Positions 1 to 12,800 of a stretch of 64,000 bases of DNA are shown in pieces. The DNA lies in contig CM082583.2 in NCBI GenBank assembly GCA_040954595.2, positions 1,002,925 through 1,066,924 of the forward strand, given 5' to 3'. The DNA is from Balanoglossus misakiensis (Eukaryota > Animalia > Hemichordata). The notes beneath the pieces were generated by a model, which searched no databases, was not told the origin of the DNA, and was given only the letters and a program-made list of their open reading frames with translations. Position numbers and translations under genes: made by a program. Every line of letters begins with the position of its first letter. Position 1 is the stretch's first letter.

Positions 1-807
1 CACCACATTTGAAGAACAAAGGTTTTTTTATTTTTTTTTCTAAAAATGACATTTTCAAGGAAAATTTGGTAAAACGCAATTTTGTCTGCAGTGAGCCTAA
101 TTAGACGGTCTTTTGTGGAATTTGTATCGATATATACATACGAAGAGCATTCTATACTCCATCAGATTTCCAAAAATGTAGAAAACAGGTATTTTTTGTA
201 ATTTTCAAAAATTTACCATTTTGACCAAATTGTGGCTAAAATTGTTATTTTCGTGTTGAATGCCGCCAGTGTCACTGCTTTTAAAAGTCATAAAAACTTT
301 TAACATACAAGCAATTGTTTATATATGATCAGGTCACCGAATTAAAAAAATAAAGAATGTTTTGCCTAAAAATGACCTTTTTGGTGCAAAAACGAATAAA
401 ACGCAATTTTGTATTAAATCAGCTCATTCAGAGTGCATTTTTATAATCAGCACCATTTTTACATATAATGGAAATTTCATACATCATCAGATATCCAAAT
501 ATGAAAAGATGATTTAGATTTTAGATGATTGTCCAAAATTAGCTGATATCTGATAAATGTAGTATTGAACCGTTCTGTTTCTCCCCCCCCCCCCTACATT
601 ATATGCGGTACGCCGATGTCACCTTACCCGGCAGTACTGCAGGCCGTGCCCCCAACTAACGTCGGTGTTTGAAGCGCCCTGGTTAAATTCGGGCTTTCTC
701 TATAAATTAACAGGCAATAATGCAGTCCTACCCGAACAAATGTCGAGTGTTGACCCGCTGTGACTTTCCCTCTTCGGTTTGCCCGACTTAGCCAACGTCT
801 TTGTACT

Positions 808-2485
808 AGAGGGTCGGGTCTTTTGCCGAGCCAGGCCGAAGGAAATCCGACTTGATCACCGTTGCTAACGAACGCTAGTGTCTGTCATGGTGTGCCGGGG
901 TTTTAGTCGAACCAGGCCGTAGGAAATCTGACTTGATCAACGTGGTCAATGTACGCCTGTTTCTGCTCTAGAGTGCCGGGGCTTCAGCTGATCCAGGCCG
1001 TAGGAAACCCGACGTGATTACCGTTGTTAACTTACGCCAGTCTGTGTCCTATATATAGTGCGGGGCATCAGCCGTGCCAGGCCTAAGGAAATGTGAGTAG
1101 ATCAATGTGGTCTCTGTACGCGTGTTTCTGCTCTAGAATGCCAGGGCTTTAGCCAAGCCATGCCGTAGGAAATCTGACTTGATCAACGTTGCTAACGAAC
1201 GCTAGTGTCTGTCATAGTGTGCCGGGGTTTTAGTCGAGCCAAGCCGTAGGAGATCTGACTTGATCATCGTGGTCAATGTACGCGTGTTTCCGCTCTAAAG
1301 TACCGGGGCCTGAGCTAAACCAGGCCGTAGGAAATCCGACGTAATCACCGTTGATAACTTACGCCAGTCTGTGTCATATAGAGCCGGTGCACCAGCGGAG
1401 TCACGCCGTAGGACATCTGACTTGATCAACGTGGTCAATGTACGCCTGTTTCTGCTCTAGAGTGCCGGGGCTTCAGCTGAGCCAGGCCGTAGGAAACCCG
1501 ACGTGATTACCGTTGTTAACTTACGCCAGTCTGTGTCCTATATATAGTGCGGGGCATCAGCCGTGCCAGGCCTAAGGAAATGTGAGTAGATCAATGTGGT
1601 CTCTGTACGCGTGTTTCTGCTCTAGAATGCCAGGGCTTTAGCCAAGCCATGCCGTAGGAAATCTGACTTGATCAACGTTGCTAACGAACGCTAGTGTCTG
1701 TCATAGTGTGCCGGGGTTTTAGTCGAGCCAAGCCGTAGGAGATCTGACTTGATCATCGTGGTCAATGTACGCGTGTTTCAACTCTAAAGTGCCGGGGCTT
1801 GAGCTAAACCAGGCCGTAGGAAATCCGACGTAATCACCGTTGATAACTTACGCCAGTCTGTGTCATATAGAGCCGGTGCACCAGCGGAGTCACGCCGTAG
1901 GACATCTGACCTGATCAACGTGGTCAATGTACGCCTGTTTCTGCTCTAGAGTGCCGGGGCTTCAGCTGAGCCAGGCCGTAGGAAACCCGACGTGATTACC
2001 GTTGTTAACTTACGCCAGTCTGTGTCCTATATATAGTGCCGGGGCATCAGCTGTGTCAGGCCGAAGGAAATGGGAGTAGATCAACGTGGTCTCTGTACGC
2101 GTGTTTCTGCTCTAGAGTGCCAGGGCTTTAGCCAAGCCATGCCGTAGGAAATCTGACTTGATCAACGTTGCTAACGAACGCTAGTGTCTGTCATAGTGTG
2201 CCGGGGTTTTAGTCGAGCCAAGCCGTAGGAGATCAGACTTGATCAACGTGGTCTCTGTACGCGTGTTTCTGCTCTAGAGTGCCGGGGCTTTATCCCAGCC
2301 ATGCCGTAGAAAATCTGACTTGATCACCGTTGCTAACGTGCGCTAGTGTCTGTCATATTGTGACGGAGATTTAGCCGAGCCAGGCCGTAGAAAAATCGAC
2401 TTGTTCAACGTTACCAGTGTGCAACTGTTTCTGCTCTAGAGTGTCAGGGTTTTAGCCGACTTATGCTGTAGGAAATCTGAGTTGA
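808..2485. repeat. GC-rich internal array of ~81-bp monomers with alternating a/b types (162-bp dimer); example from the first unit, present in every unit
   Basis: The core gccgtagga(a/g)atc(t/c)gac recurs at 916, 997, 1081, 1162, 1243 and onward. Two monomer types, each counted at 81 bp (tttc(t/c)gctcta-type and tgtcata-type), alternate. Confidence 0.93.
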
Positions 2486-2489
2486 TGAA

Positions 2490-3450
2490 TGGGAATTCAA
2501 TGTTAAAAAACCTGTGTGGAAAGTGTCTCTACCCTTTTGAAACTAAGAAAATAATTTATTCTTATTCATTTTGTAAAAATCACAATTTTTCGAAAAAAAG
2601 TCGAAAATGGTAATTTTGTCATGGGTGATTCAAATTGTACCGCCTTTTCTGGAATTTGCAGCACTTTTTACAAGAGAACGACACTTCATGCTCCATAATA
2701 TTTCCGAAAATGAAGAAAAGAGTTAATTTTTTATGATTTTTTTAAAAATTACCATTTTTGTCAAAATATGGCCAAAATGGCTATTTTTTTCTTGAATTCC
2801 GTCAATATCTCTGCATTTTTGGAGTGGTCGAAAGTTTTAACATACAATCAACATGTCATATATGATCAGGGCACCAAATTCGAAGAACAAAGGTTTTTTT
2901 TATTTTTTTTTCTAAAAATGACATTTTCAAGGAAAATTTGGTAAAACGCAATTTTGTCTGCAGTGAGCCAAATTGGCCGTTTTTTTGTGGAATTTGTATC
3001 GATATATGTATACGAAGAGCATTCTATACTCCATCAGATTTCCGAAAATGTAGAAAACAGGTATTTTTTGTAATTTTCAAAAATTTACCATTTTGACCGA
3101 ATTGTGGCTAAAATTGTTATTTTCGTGTTGAATGCCGCCAGTGTCACTGCTTTTAAAAGTCATTAAAACTTTTAACATACAAGCAATTGTTTATATATGA
3201 TCAGGTCACCGAATTTAAAGAATAAAGAATGTTTTCCCTAAAAATGACCTTTTTGGTGCAAAAACGAATAAAACGCAATTTTGTATTAAGTCTGCTCATT
3301 CAGAGTGCATTTTTTATAATCAGCACCATTTTTACATATAATGGAAATTTCATACATCATCAGATATCCAAATATGAAAAAATGATTTAGATTTTAGATG
3401 ATTGTCCAAAAGTAGCTGATATGTAATAAATATAGTATTGAACCGTTCTG
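2490..3450. repeat. AT-rich block of the macrosatellite unit, made of ~3 diverged ~330-340-bp subrepeats (example unit)
   Basis: Related motifs ctccataatatttccgaaaatg (~2691), ctccatcagatttccgaaaatg (~3029) and catcatcagatatccaaatatg (~3356). The string ttttaacatacaa...tatatgatcagg.cacc.aatt...ctaaaaatgac...taaaacgcaattttgt occurs twice per unit. Confidence 0.75.
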
Positions 3451-6400
3451 TTCCCCCCCCCCCTACATTAAATGCGGTACGCCGATGTCAGCTTACCCGT
3501 CAGTACTGCAGGCCGTGCCCACAACTAACGTCGGTGTTTGAAACGCCCTGGTTAAATTCGGGCTTTCTCTATAAATTGACAGGCAATATTGTAGTCCTAC
3601 CGGAACAAATGTCGAGTGTTGACCCGCTGTGACTTTCCCTCTTCGGTTTGCCCGACTTAGCCAACGTCTTTGTACTAGAGTGTCGGGTGTTTTGCAGAGC
3701 CAGGCCGAAGGAAATCCGACTTGATCACCGTTGCTAACGAACGCTAGTGTCTGTCATGGTGTGCCGGGGTTTTAGTCGAGCCAGGCCGTAGGAGATCTGA
3801 CTTGATCATCGTGGTCAATGTACGCGTGTTTCCGCTCTAAAGTGCCGGGGCTTCAGCTAAACCAGGCCGTAGGAAATCCGACGTAATCACCGTTGATAAC
3901 TTACGCCAGTCTGTGTCATATAGAGCCGGTGCACCAGCCGAGTCACGCCGTAGGAATCTAATTTGATCAACGTGGTCAATGTACGCCTGTTTCTGCTCTA
4001 GAGTGCCGGGGCTTCAGCTGAGCCAGGCCGTAGGAAACCCGACGTGATTACCGTTGTTAACTTACGCCAGTCTGTGTCCTATATATAGTGCGGGGCATCA
4101 GCCGTGCCAGGCCTAAGGAAATGTGAGTAGATCAATGTGGTCTCTGTACGCGTGTTTCTGCTCTAGAATGCCAGGGCTTTAGCCAAGCCATGCCGTAGGA
4201 AATCTGAATTGATCAACGTTGCTAACGAACGCTAGTGTCTGTCATAGTGTGCCGGGGTTTTAGTCGAGCCGCCAGTGTCACTGCTTTTAAAAGTCATTAA
4301 AACTTTTAACATACAAGCAATTGTTTATATATGATCAGGTCACCGAATTTAAAGAATAAAGAATATTTTCCCTAAAAATGACCTTTTTGGTGCAAAAACG
4401 AATAAAACGCAATTTTGTATTAAATCAGCTCATTCAGAGTGCATTTTTTATAATCAGCACCATTTTTACATATAATGGAAATTTCATACATCATCAGATA
4501 TCCAAATATGAAAAAATGATTTAGATTTTAGATGATTGTCCAAAATTAGCTGATATCTAATAAATGTAGTATTGAACCGTTCTGTCCCCCCCCCCCTTAC
4601 ATTATATGCGGTACGCCGATGTCAGCTTACCCATCAGTACTGCAGGCCGTGCCCACAACTAACGTCGGTGTTTGAAACGCCCTGGTTAAATTCGGGCTTT
4701 CTCTATAAATTGACAGGCAATAATGTAGTCCTACCGGAACAAATGTCGAGTGTTGACCCGCTGTGACTTTCCCCCTTCGGTTTGCCCGACTTAGCCAACG
4801 TCTTTGTACTAGAGTGTCGGGTCTTTTGCAGAGCCAGGCCGAAGGAAATCCGACTTGATCACCGTTGCTAACGAACGCTAGTGTCTGTCATGGTGTGCCG
4901 GGGTTTTAGTCGAGCCAGGCCGTAGGAGATCTGACTTGATCATCGTGGTCAATGTACGCGTGTTTCCGCTCTAAAGTGCCGGGGCTTCAGCTAAACCAGG
5001 CCGTAGGAAATCCGACGTAATCACCGTTGATAACTTACGCCAGTCTGTGTCATATAGAGCCGGTGTACCAGCCGAGTCACGCCGTAGGAAATCTTACTTG
5101 ATCAACGTGGTCAATGTACGCGTGTTTCCGCTCTAAAGTGCCGGGGCTTCAGCTAAACCAGGCCGTAGGAAATCCGACGTAATCACCGTTGATAACTTAC
5201 GCCAGTCTGTGTCATATAGAGCCGGTGCACCAGCCGAGTCACGCCGTAGGAAATCTGACTTGATCAACGTGGTCAATGTACGCCTGTTTCTGCTCTAGAG
5301 TGCCAGGGCTTTAGCCAAGCCATGCCGTAGAAAATCTGACTTGATCACCGTTGCTAACGAACGCTAGTGTCTGTCATAGTGTGCCGGGGTTTTAGTCGAA
5401 CCAAGCCGTAGGAGATCAGACTTGATCAACGTGGTCTCTGTACGCGTGTTTCTGCTCTAGAGTGCCGGGGCTTTATCCAAGCCATGCCGTAGAAAATCTG
5501 ACTTGATCACCGTTGCTAACGTACGATAGTGTCTGTCATAGTGTGCCGGGGTTTTAGTCGAGCCAAGCCGTAGGAGATCAGACTTGATCAACGTGGTCTC
5601 TGTACGCGTGTTTCTGCTCTTGAGTGCCGGGGCTTTATCCAACCCATGCCGTAGAAAATCTGACTTGATCACCGTTGCTAACGTACGCTAGTGTCTGTCA
5701 TATTGTGACGGAGATTTAGCCGAGCCAGGCCGTAAAAAATCGACTTGTTCAACGTTACCAGTGTGCAACTGTTTCTGCTCTAGAGTGTCAGGATTTTAGC
5801 CGATTTATGCTGTAGGAAATCAGAGTTGATGAACGGGAATTCAATGTTAGAAAACCCGTGTGGTAAGTATCTCTACCCGTTTGAAACTAAGAAAAGAATT
5901 TATTCTTATTTATTTTGTAAAAAAGACAATTTTTCGAAACAAAGGCGAAAATGGTAATTTTGTCTTGGGTGATTCAAATTATACCACCTTTTCTGGAATT
6001 TGCAGCACTTTTTACAAGAGAACGACACTTCATGCTCCATAATATTTCCGAAAATGAAGAAAAGAGTTAATTTTTTATGATTTTTTAAAATTTTACCATT
6101 TTTGTCAAAATATGGCCAAAATGGCTATTTTTCTTGAATTCCGTCTATATCTCTGCATTTTTGGAGTGGTCGAGAGTTTTAACATACAATCAACATGTCA
6201 TATATGATCAGGGCACCAAATTCGAAGAACAAAGGTTTTTTTATTTTTTTTTCTAAAAATGACATTTTCAAGGAAAATTTGGTAAAACGCAATTTTGTCT
6301 GCAGTGAGCCAAATTAGACGGTCTTTTGTGGAATTTGTATCGATATATATATACGAAGAGCATTCTATACTCCATCAGATTTCCGAAAATGTAGAAAACA

Positions 6401-9400
6401 GGTATTTTCTGTAATTTTCAAAAATTTACCATTTTGACCAAATTGTGGCTAAAATTGTTATTTTCGTGATGAATGCCGCCAGTGTCACTGCTTTTAAAAG
6501 TCATAAAAACTTTTAACATACAAGCAATTGTTTATATATGATCAGGTCACCGAATTAAAAATATAAAGAATGTTTTGCCTAAAAATGACCTTTTTGGTGC
6601 AAAAACGAATAAAACGCAATCTTGTATTAAATCAGTTCATTCAGAGTGCATGTTTTATAATAAGCACCATTTTTACATATAATGGAAATTTCATACATCA
6701 TCAGATATCCAAATATGAAAAAATGATTTAGATTTTAGATGATTGTCCAAAATTAGCTGATATCTAATAAATGTAGTATTGAACCGTTCTGTCCCCCCCC
6801 CCCCCCCTTACATTATATGCGGTACGCCGATGTCAGCTTACCCGGCAGTACTGTAGGCCGTGCCCCCAACAAACGTCGGTGTTTGAAACGCCCTGGTTAA
6901 ATTCGGGCTCTCTCTATAAATCGACAGGCAATAATGCAGTCCTACCGGAACAAATGTCGAGTGTTGACCCGCTGCGACTTTCCCTCTTCGGTTTGCCCAA
7001 CTTAGCCAACGTCTTTGTACTAGAGTGTCGGGTCTTTTGCAGAGCCAGGCCGAAGGAAATCCGACTTGATCACCGTTGCTAACGAACGCTAGTGTCTGTC
7101 ATGGTGTGCCGGGGTTTTAGTCGAGCCAGGCCGTAGGAGATCTGACTTGATCATCGTGGTCAATGTACGCGTGTTTCCGCTCTAAAGTGCCGGGGCTTCA
7201 GCTAAACCAGGCCGTAGGAAATCCGACGTAATCACCGTTGATAACTTACGCCAGTCTGTGTCATATAGAGCCGGTGCACCAGCCGAGTCACGCCGTAGGA
7301 AATCTGACTTGATCAACGTGGTCAATGTACGCCTGTTTCTGCTCTAGAGTGCCGGGGCTTCAGCTAAGCCAGGCCGTAGGAAACCCGACGTGATTACAGT
7401 TGTTAACTTACGCCAGTCTGTGTCCTATATATAGTGCCGGGGCATCAGCCGTGCCAGGCCGAAGGAAATGTGAGTAGATCAACGTGGTCTCTGTACGCGT
7501 GTTTCTGCTCTAGAGTGTCAGGGCTTTAGCAAAGCCATGCCGTAGGAAATCTGACTTGATCAACGTTGCTAGCGAACGCTAGTGTCTGTCATAGTGTGCC
7601 GGGGTTTTAATCGAGCCAAGCCGTAGGAGATCAGACTTGATCAACGTGGTCTCTGTACGCGTGTTTCTGCTCTTGAGTGCCGGGGCTTTATCCAAGCCAT
7701 GCCGTAGAAAATCTGACTTGATCACCGTTGCTAACGTACGCTAGTGTCTGTCATATTGTGACGGAGATTTAGCCGAGCCAGGCCGTAAAAAATCGACTTG
7801 TTCAACGTTACCAGTGTGCAACTGTTTCTGCTCTAGAGTGTCAGGATTTTAGCCGATTTATGCTGTAGGAAATCAGAGTTGATGAACGGGAATTCAATGT
7901 TAGAAAACCCGTGTGGAAAGTATCTCTACCCGTTTGAAACTAAGAAAAGAATTTATTCTTATTTATTTTGTAAAAAAGACAATTTTTCGAAACAAAGGCG
8001 AAAATGGTAATTTTGTCTTGGGTGATTCAAATTATACCACCTTTTCTGGAATTTGCAGCACTTTTTACAAGAGAACGACACTTCATGCTCTATAATATTT
8101 CCGAAAATGAAGAAAAGAGTTAATTTTTTATGATTTTTTAAAATTTTACCATTTTTGTCAAAATATGGCCAAAATGGCTATTTTTTCTTGAATTCCGTCA
8201 ATATCTCTGCATTTTTGGAGTGGTCGAAACTTATAACATACAATCAACATGTCATATATGATCGGGGCACCAAATTCGAAGAACAAAGGTTTTTTTATTT
8301 TTTTTTCTAAAAATGACATTTTCAAGGAAAATTTGGTAAAACGCAATTTTGTCTGCAGTGAGCCAAATTAGACGGTCTTTTGTGGAATTTGTATCGATAT
8401 ATACATACGAAGAGCATTCTATACTCCATCAGATTTCCGAAAATGTAGAAAAGGGTATTTTTTGTAATTTTGAAAAATTTTCCATTTTGACCAAATTGTG
8501 GCTAAAATTGTTATTTTCGTGTTGAATGCCGCCAGTGTCACTGCTTTTAAAAGTCATAAAAACTTTTAACATACAAGCCATTCTTTATATATGATCAGGT
8601 CACCGAATTAAAAAAATAAAGAATGTTTTGCCTAAAAATGACCTTTTAGGTGCAAAAACGAATAAAACGTAATTTTGTATTAAATCAGTTCATTCAGAGT
8701 GCATTTTTTATAATCAGCACCATTTTTACATATAATGGAAATTTCATACATCATCATATATCCAAATATGAAAAAATGATTTAGATTTTAGATGATTGTC
8801 CAAAATTAGCTGATATCTAATAAATGTAGTATTGAACCGTTCTGTTTCCCCCCCCCCCCTATATTATATGCGGTACGCCGATGTCAGCTTACCCGTCAGT
8901 ACTGCAGGCCGTGCCCCCAACTAACGTCGGTGTTTGTAACGCCCTGGTTAAATTCGGGCTTTCTCTATAAATTGACAGGCAATAATGCAGTCCTACCCGA
9001 ACAAATGTCGAGTGTTGACCCGCTGTGACTTTCCCTCTTCGGTTTGCCCGACTTAGCCAACGTCTTTGTACTAGAGTGTCGGGTCTTTTGCAGAGCCAGG
9101 CCGAAGGAAATCCGACTTGATCACCGTTGCTAACGAACGCTAGTGTCTGTCATGGTGTGCCGGGGTTTTAGTCGAGCCAGGCCGTAGGAGATATGCCTTG
9201 ATCATCGTGGTCAATGTACGCGTGTTTCCGCTCTAAAGTGCCGGGGCTTCAGCAAAACCAGGCCGTAGGAAATCCGACGTAATCACCGTTGATAACTTAC
9301 GCCAGTCTGTGTCATATAGAGCCGGTTCACCAGCCGAGTCACGCCGTAGGACATCTGACCTGATCAACGTGGTCAATGTACGCCTGTTTCTGCTCTAGAG

Positions 9401-9631
9401 TGCCGGGGCTTCAGCTGAGCCAGGCCGTAGGAAACCCGACGTGATTACAGTTGTTAACTTACGCCAGTCTGTGTCCTATATATAGTGCCGGGGCATCAGC
9501 CGTGCCAGGCCGAAGGAAATGTTAGTCGATCAACGTGGTCTCTGTACGCGTGTTTCTGCTCTAGAGTGTCAGGGCTTTAGCAAAGCCATGCCGTAGGAAA
9601 TCTGACTTGATCAACGTTGCTAACGAACGCT

Positions 9632-9824
9632 CAATATTTTTAAGCGTAATTTGAAAACATACCTTTTTACTCGGTTTTATGTGTAACGTGTTCGATTGTG
9701 TCCTTTTAACTATTTTTACCAGCCTTGTATTTTTTAATCTACTGTTTTAGCTGTGCACAATGCGCTGAGACGTATGTGTAGCGCATTTTAAACAATTCTT
9801 AATAATAATAATAATAATAATAAT
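9632..9824 (+). mobile_element. 5'-truncated L2/CR1-group LINE: 3' end only, with 6-bp TSD
   Basis: Absent from all other units. TSD aacgct at 9626-9631 and 9825-9830. Encodes NIFKRNLKTYLFTRFYV*, the FKxxLKTxLF C-terminus typical of L2-group ORF2. It has a 3' stem-loop (aatgcgct...agcgcatt, 9759-9787) and a (TAA)n tail. Confidence 0.85.
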
Positions 9825-12800
9825 AACGCTAGTGTCTGTCATAGTGTGCCGGGGTTTTAGTCGAGCCAAGCCGTAGGAGATCAGACTTGATCAACGTGGT
9901 CTCTGTACGCGTGTTTCTGCTCTAGAGTGCCGGGGCTTTATCCAACCCATGCCGTTGAAAATCTGACTTGATCACCGTTGCTAACGTACGCTAGTGTCTG
10001 TCATATTGTGACGAGATTTAGCCGAGCCAGGCCGTAGAAAAATCGACTTGTTCAACGTTATCAGTGTGCAACTGTTTCTGCTCTAGAGTGTCAGGGTTTT
10101 AGCCGACTTATGCTGTAGGAAATCTGAGTTGATGAACGGGAATTCAATGTTAGAAAACCCGTGTGGAAAGTATCTCTACCCGTTTGAAACTAAGAAAAGA
10201 ATTTATTCTTATTTATTTTTTTAAAAAGACAATTTTTCGAAAACAAGTCGAAAATGGTAATTTTGTCTTGGGTGATTCAAATTATACCACATTTTCTGGA
10301 ATTTGCAGCACTTTTTACAAGAGAACGACACTTCATGCTCCATAATATTTCCGAAAATGAAGAAAAGAGTTTATTTTTTATGATTTTTTACAAATGTACC
10401 ATTTTGTCAAAATATGGCCAAAATGGCTATTTTTTCTTGAATTCCGTCAATATCTCTGCATTTTTGGAGTGGTCGAAAGTTTTAACATACAATCAACATG
10501 TCATATATGATCAGGGCACCAAATTCGAAGAACGAAGGTTTTTTTATTTTATTTTTCTAAAAATGACATTTTCAAGAAAAATTTGGTAAAACGCAATTTT
10601 GTCTGCAGTGAGCCAAATTAGACGGTCTTTTGTGGAATTTGTATCGATATATATATACGAAGAGCATTCTATACTCCATCAGATTTCCGAAAATGTAGAA
10701 AACAGGTATTTTTTGTAATTTTCAAAAATTTACCATTTTGACCAAATTGTGGTTAAATTGTTATTTTCGTGTTGAATGCCGCCAGTGTCACTGCTTTTAA
10801 ATGTCATAAAAACTTTTAACATGCAAGCAATTGCTTATATATGATCAGGCCACCGAATTAAAAAAAATAAAGAATGTTTTGCCTAAAAATGACCTTTTTG
10901 GTGCAAAAACGAATAAAAAGCAATTTTGTATTAAATCAGCTCATTCAGAGTGCATTTTTTATAATCAGCACCATTTTTACATATATTGGAAATTTCATAC
11001 ATCATCAGATATCCAAATATGAAAAAATGATTTAGATTTTAGATGATTGTCCAAAATTAGCTGATATCTAATAAATGTAGTATTGAACCGTTCTGTCCCA
11101 CCCCCCCCCCCTACATTATATGCGGTACGCCGATGTCAGCTTACCCGGCAGTACTGCAGGCCGTGCCCCCAAATAACGTCGGTGTTTGAAACGCCCTGGT
11201 TAAATTCGGGCTTTCTCTATAAATTGACAGGCAATAATGCAGTCCTACCCGAACAAATGTCGAGTGTTGACCCGCTGTGACTTTCCCTCTTCGGTTTGCC
11301 CGACTTAGCCAACGTCTTTGTACTAATGTGTCGGGTCTTTTGCAGAGCCAGGCCGAAGGAAATCCGACTTGATCACCGTTGCTAACGAACGCTAGTGTCT
11401 GTCATGGTGTGCCGGGGTTTTAGTCGAGCCAGGCCGTAGGAGATCTGACTTGATCATCGTGGTCAATGTACGCGTGTTTCCGCTCTAAAGTGCCGGGGCT
11501 TCAGCTAAACCATGCCGTAGGAAATCCGACGTAATCACCGTTGATAACTTTCGCCAGTCTGTGTCATATAGAGCCGGTGCACCAGCCGAGTCACGCCGTA
11601 GGAAATCTTACTTGATCAACGTGGTCAATGTACGCCTGTTTCTGCTCTAGAGTGCCGGGGCTTCAGCTGAGCCAGGCCGTGGGAAACCCGACGTGATTAC
11701 CGTTGTTAACTTACGCCAGTTTGTGTCCTATATATAGTGCCGGGGCATCAGCCGTGCCAGGCCGACGGAAATGTGAGTAGATCAACGTGGTCTCTGTACG
11801 CGTGTTTCTGCTCTAGAGTGCCAGGGCTTTAGCCAAGCCATGCCGTAGGAAATCTGACTTGATCAACGTTGCTAACGAACGCTAATGTCTGTCATAGTGT
11901 GCCGGGGTTTTAGTCGAGCCAAGCCGTAGGAGATCAGACTTGATCAACGTGGTCTCTGTACGCGTGTTTCTGCTCTAGAGTGCCGGGGCTTTATCCAACC
12001 CATGCCGTAGAAAATCTGACTTGATCACCGTTGCTAACGTACGCTAGTGTCTGTCATATTGTGACGGAGATTTAGCCGAGCCAGGCCGTAGAAAAATCGA
12101 CTTGTTCAACGTTACCAGTGTGCAACTGTTTCTGCTCTATAGTGTCAGGGTTTTAGCCGACTTATGCTGTAGGAAATCTGAGTTGATGACGGGAATTCAA
12201 TGTTAGAAAACCCGTGTGGAAAGTATCTCTACCCGTTTGAAACTAAGAAAAGAATTTATTCTTATTTATTTTGTAAAAAAGACAATTGTTCGAAAAAAAG
12301 TCGAAAAATTGCAATTTTGTCTTGGGTGATTCAAATTATACCGCCTTTTCTGGAATTTGCAGCACTTTTTACAAGAGAACGACACTTCATGCTCCATAAT
12401 ATTTCCGAAAATGAAGAAAAGAGTTTATTTTTTATGATTTGTTAAAAATGTACCATTTTGTCAAAATATGGCCAAAATGGCTATTTTTTCTTGAATTCCG
12501 TCAATATCTCTGCATTTTTGGAGTGGTCGAAAGTTTTAACATACAATCAACATGTCATATATGATCAGGGCACCAAATTCGAAGAACGAAGGTTTTTTTA
12601 TTTTATTTTTCTAAAAATGACATTTTCAAGAAAAATTTGGTAAAACGCAATTTTGTCTGCAGTGAGCCAAATTAGACGGTCTTTTGTGGAATTTGTATCG
12701 ATATATATATACGAAGAGCATTCTATACTCCATCAGATTTCCGAAAATGTAGAAAACAGGTATTTTTTGTAATTTTCAAAAATTTACCATTTTGACCAAA

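Noticed and set aside
808-2485. 81-bp monomer as a 27-aa coding repeat, a 5S rRNA derivative (cctacggcc on the minus strand) or a CRISPR array
   Set aside because: Frequent stops and frameshifting indels; the 5S similarity is only ~9 nt; there are no unique spacers and no cas genes.
5820-5890. Hammerhead-like string ttgatga-acggg...cccgt-ttgaaac in each unit
   Set aside because: The core is not CUGANGA and GAAA does not directly follow stem II; stems I and III are not evident.
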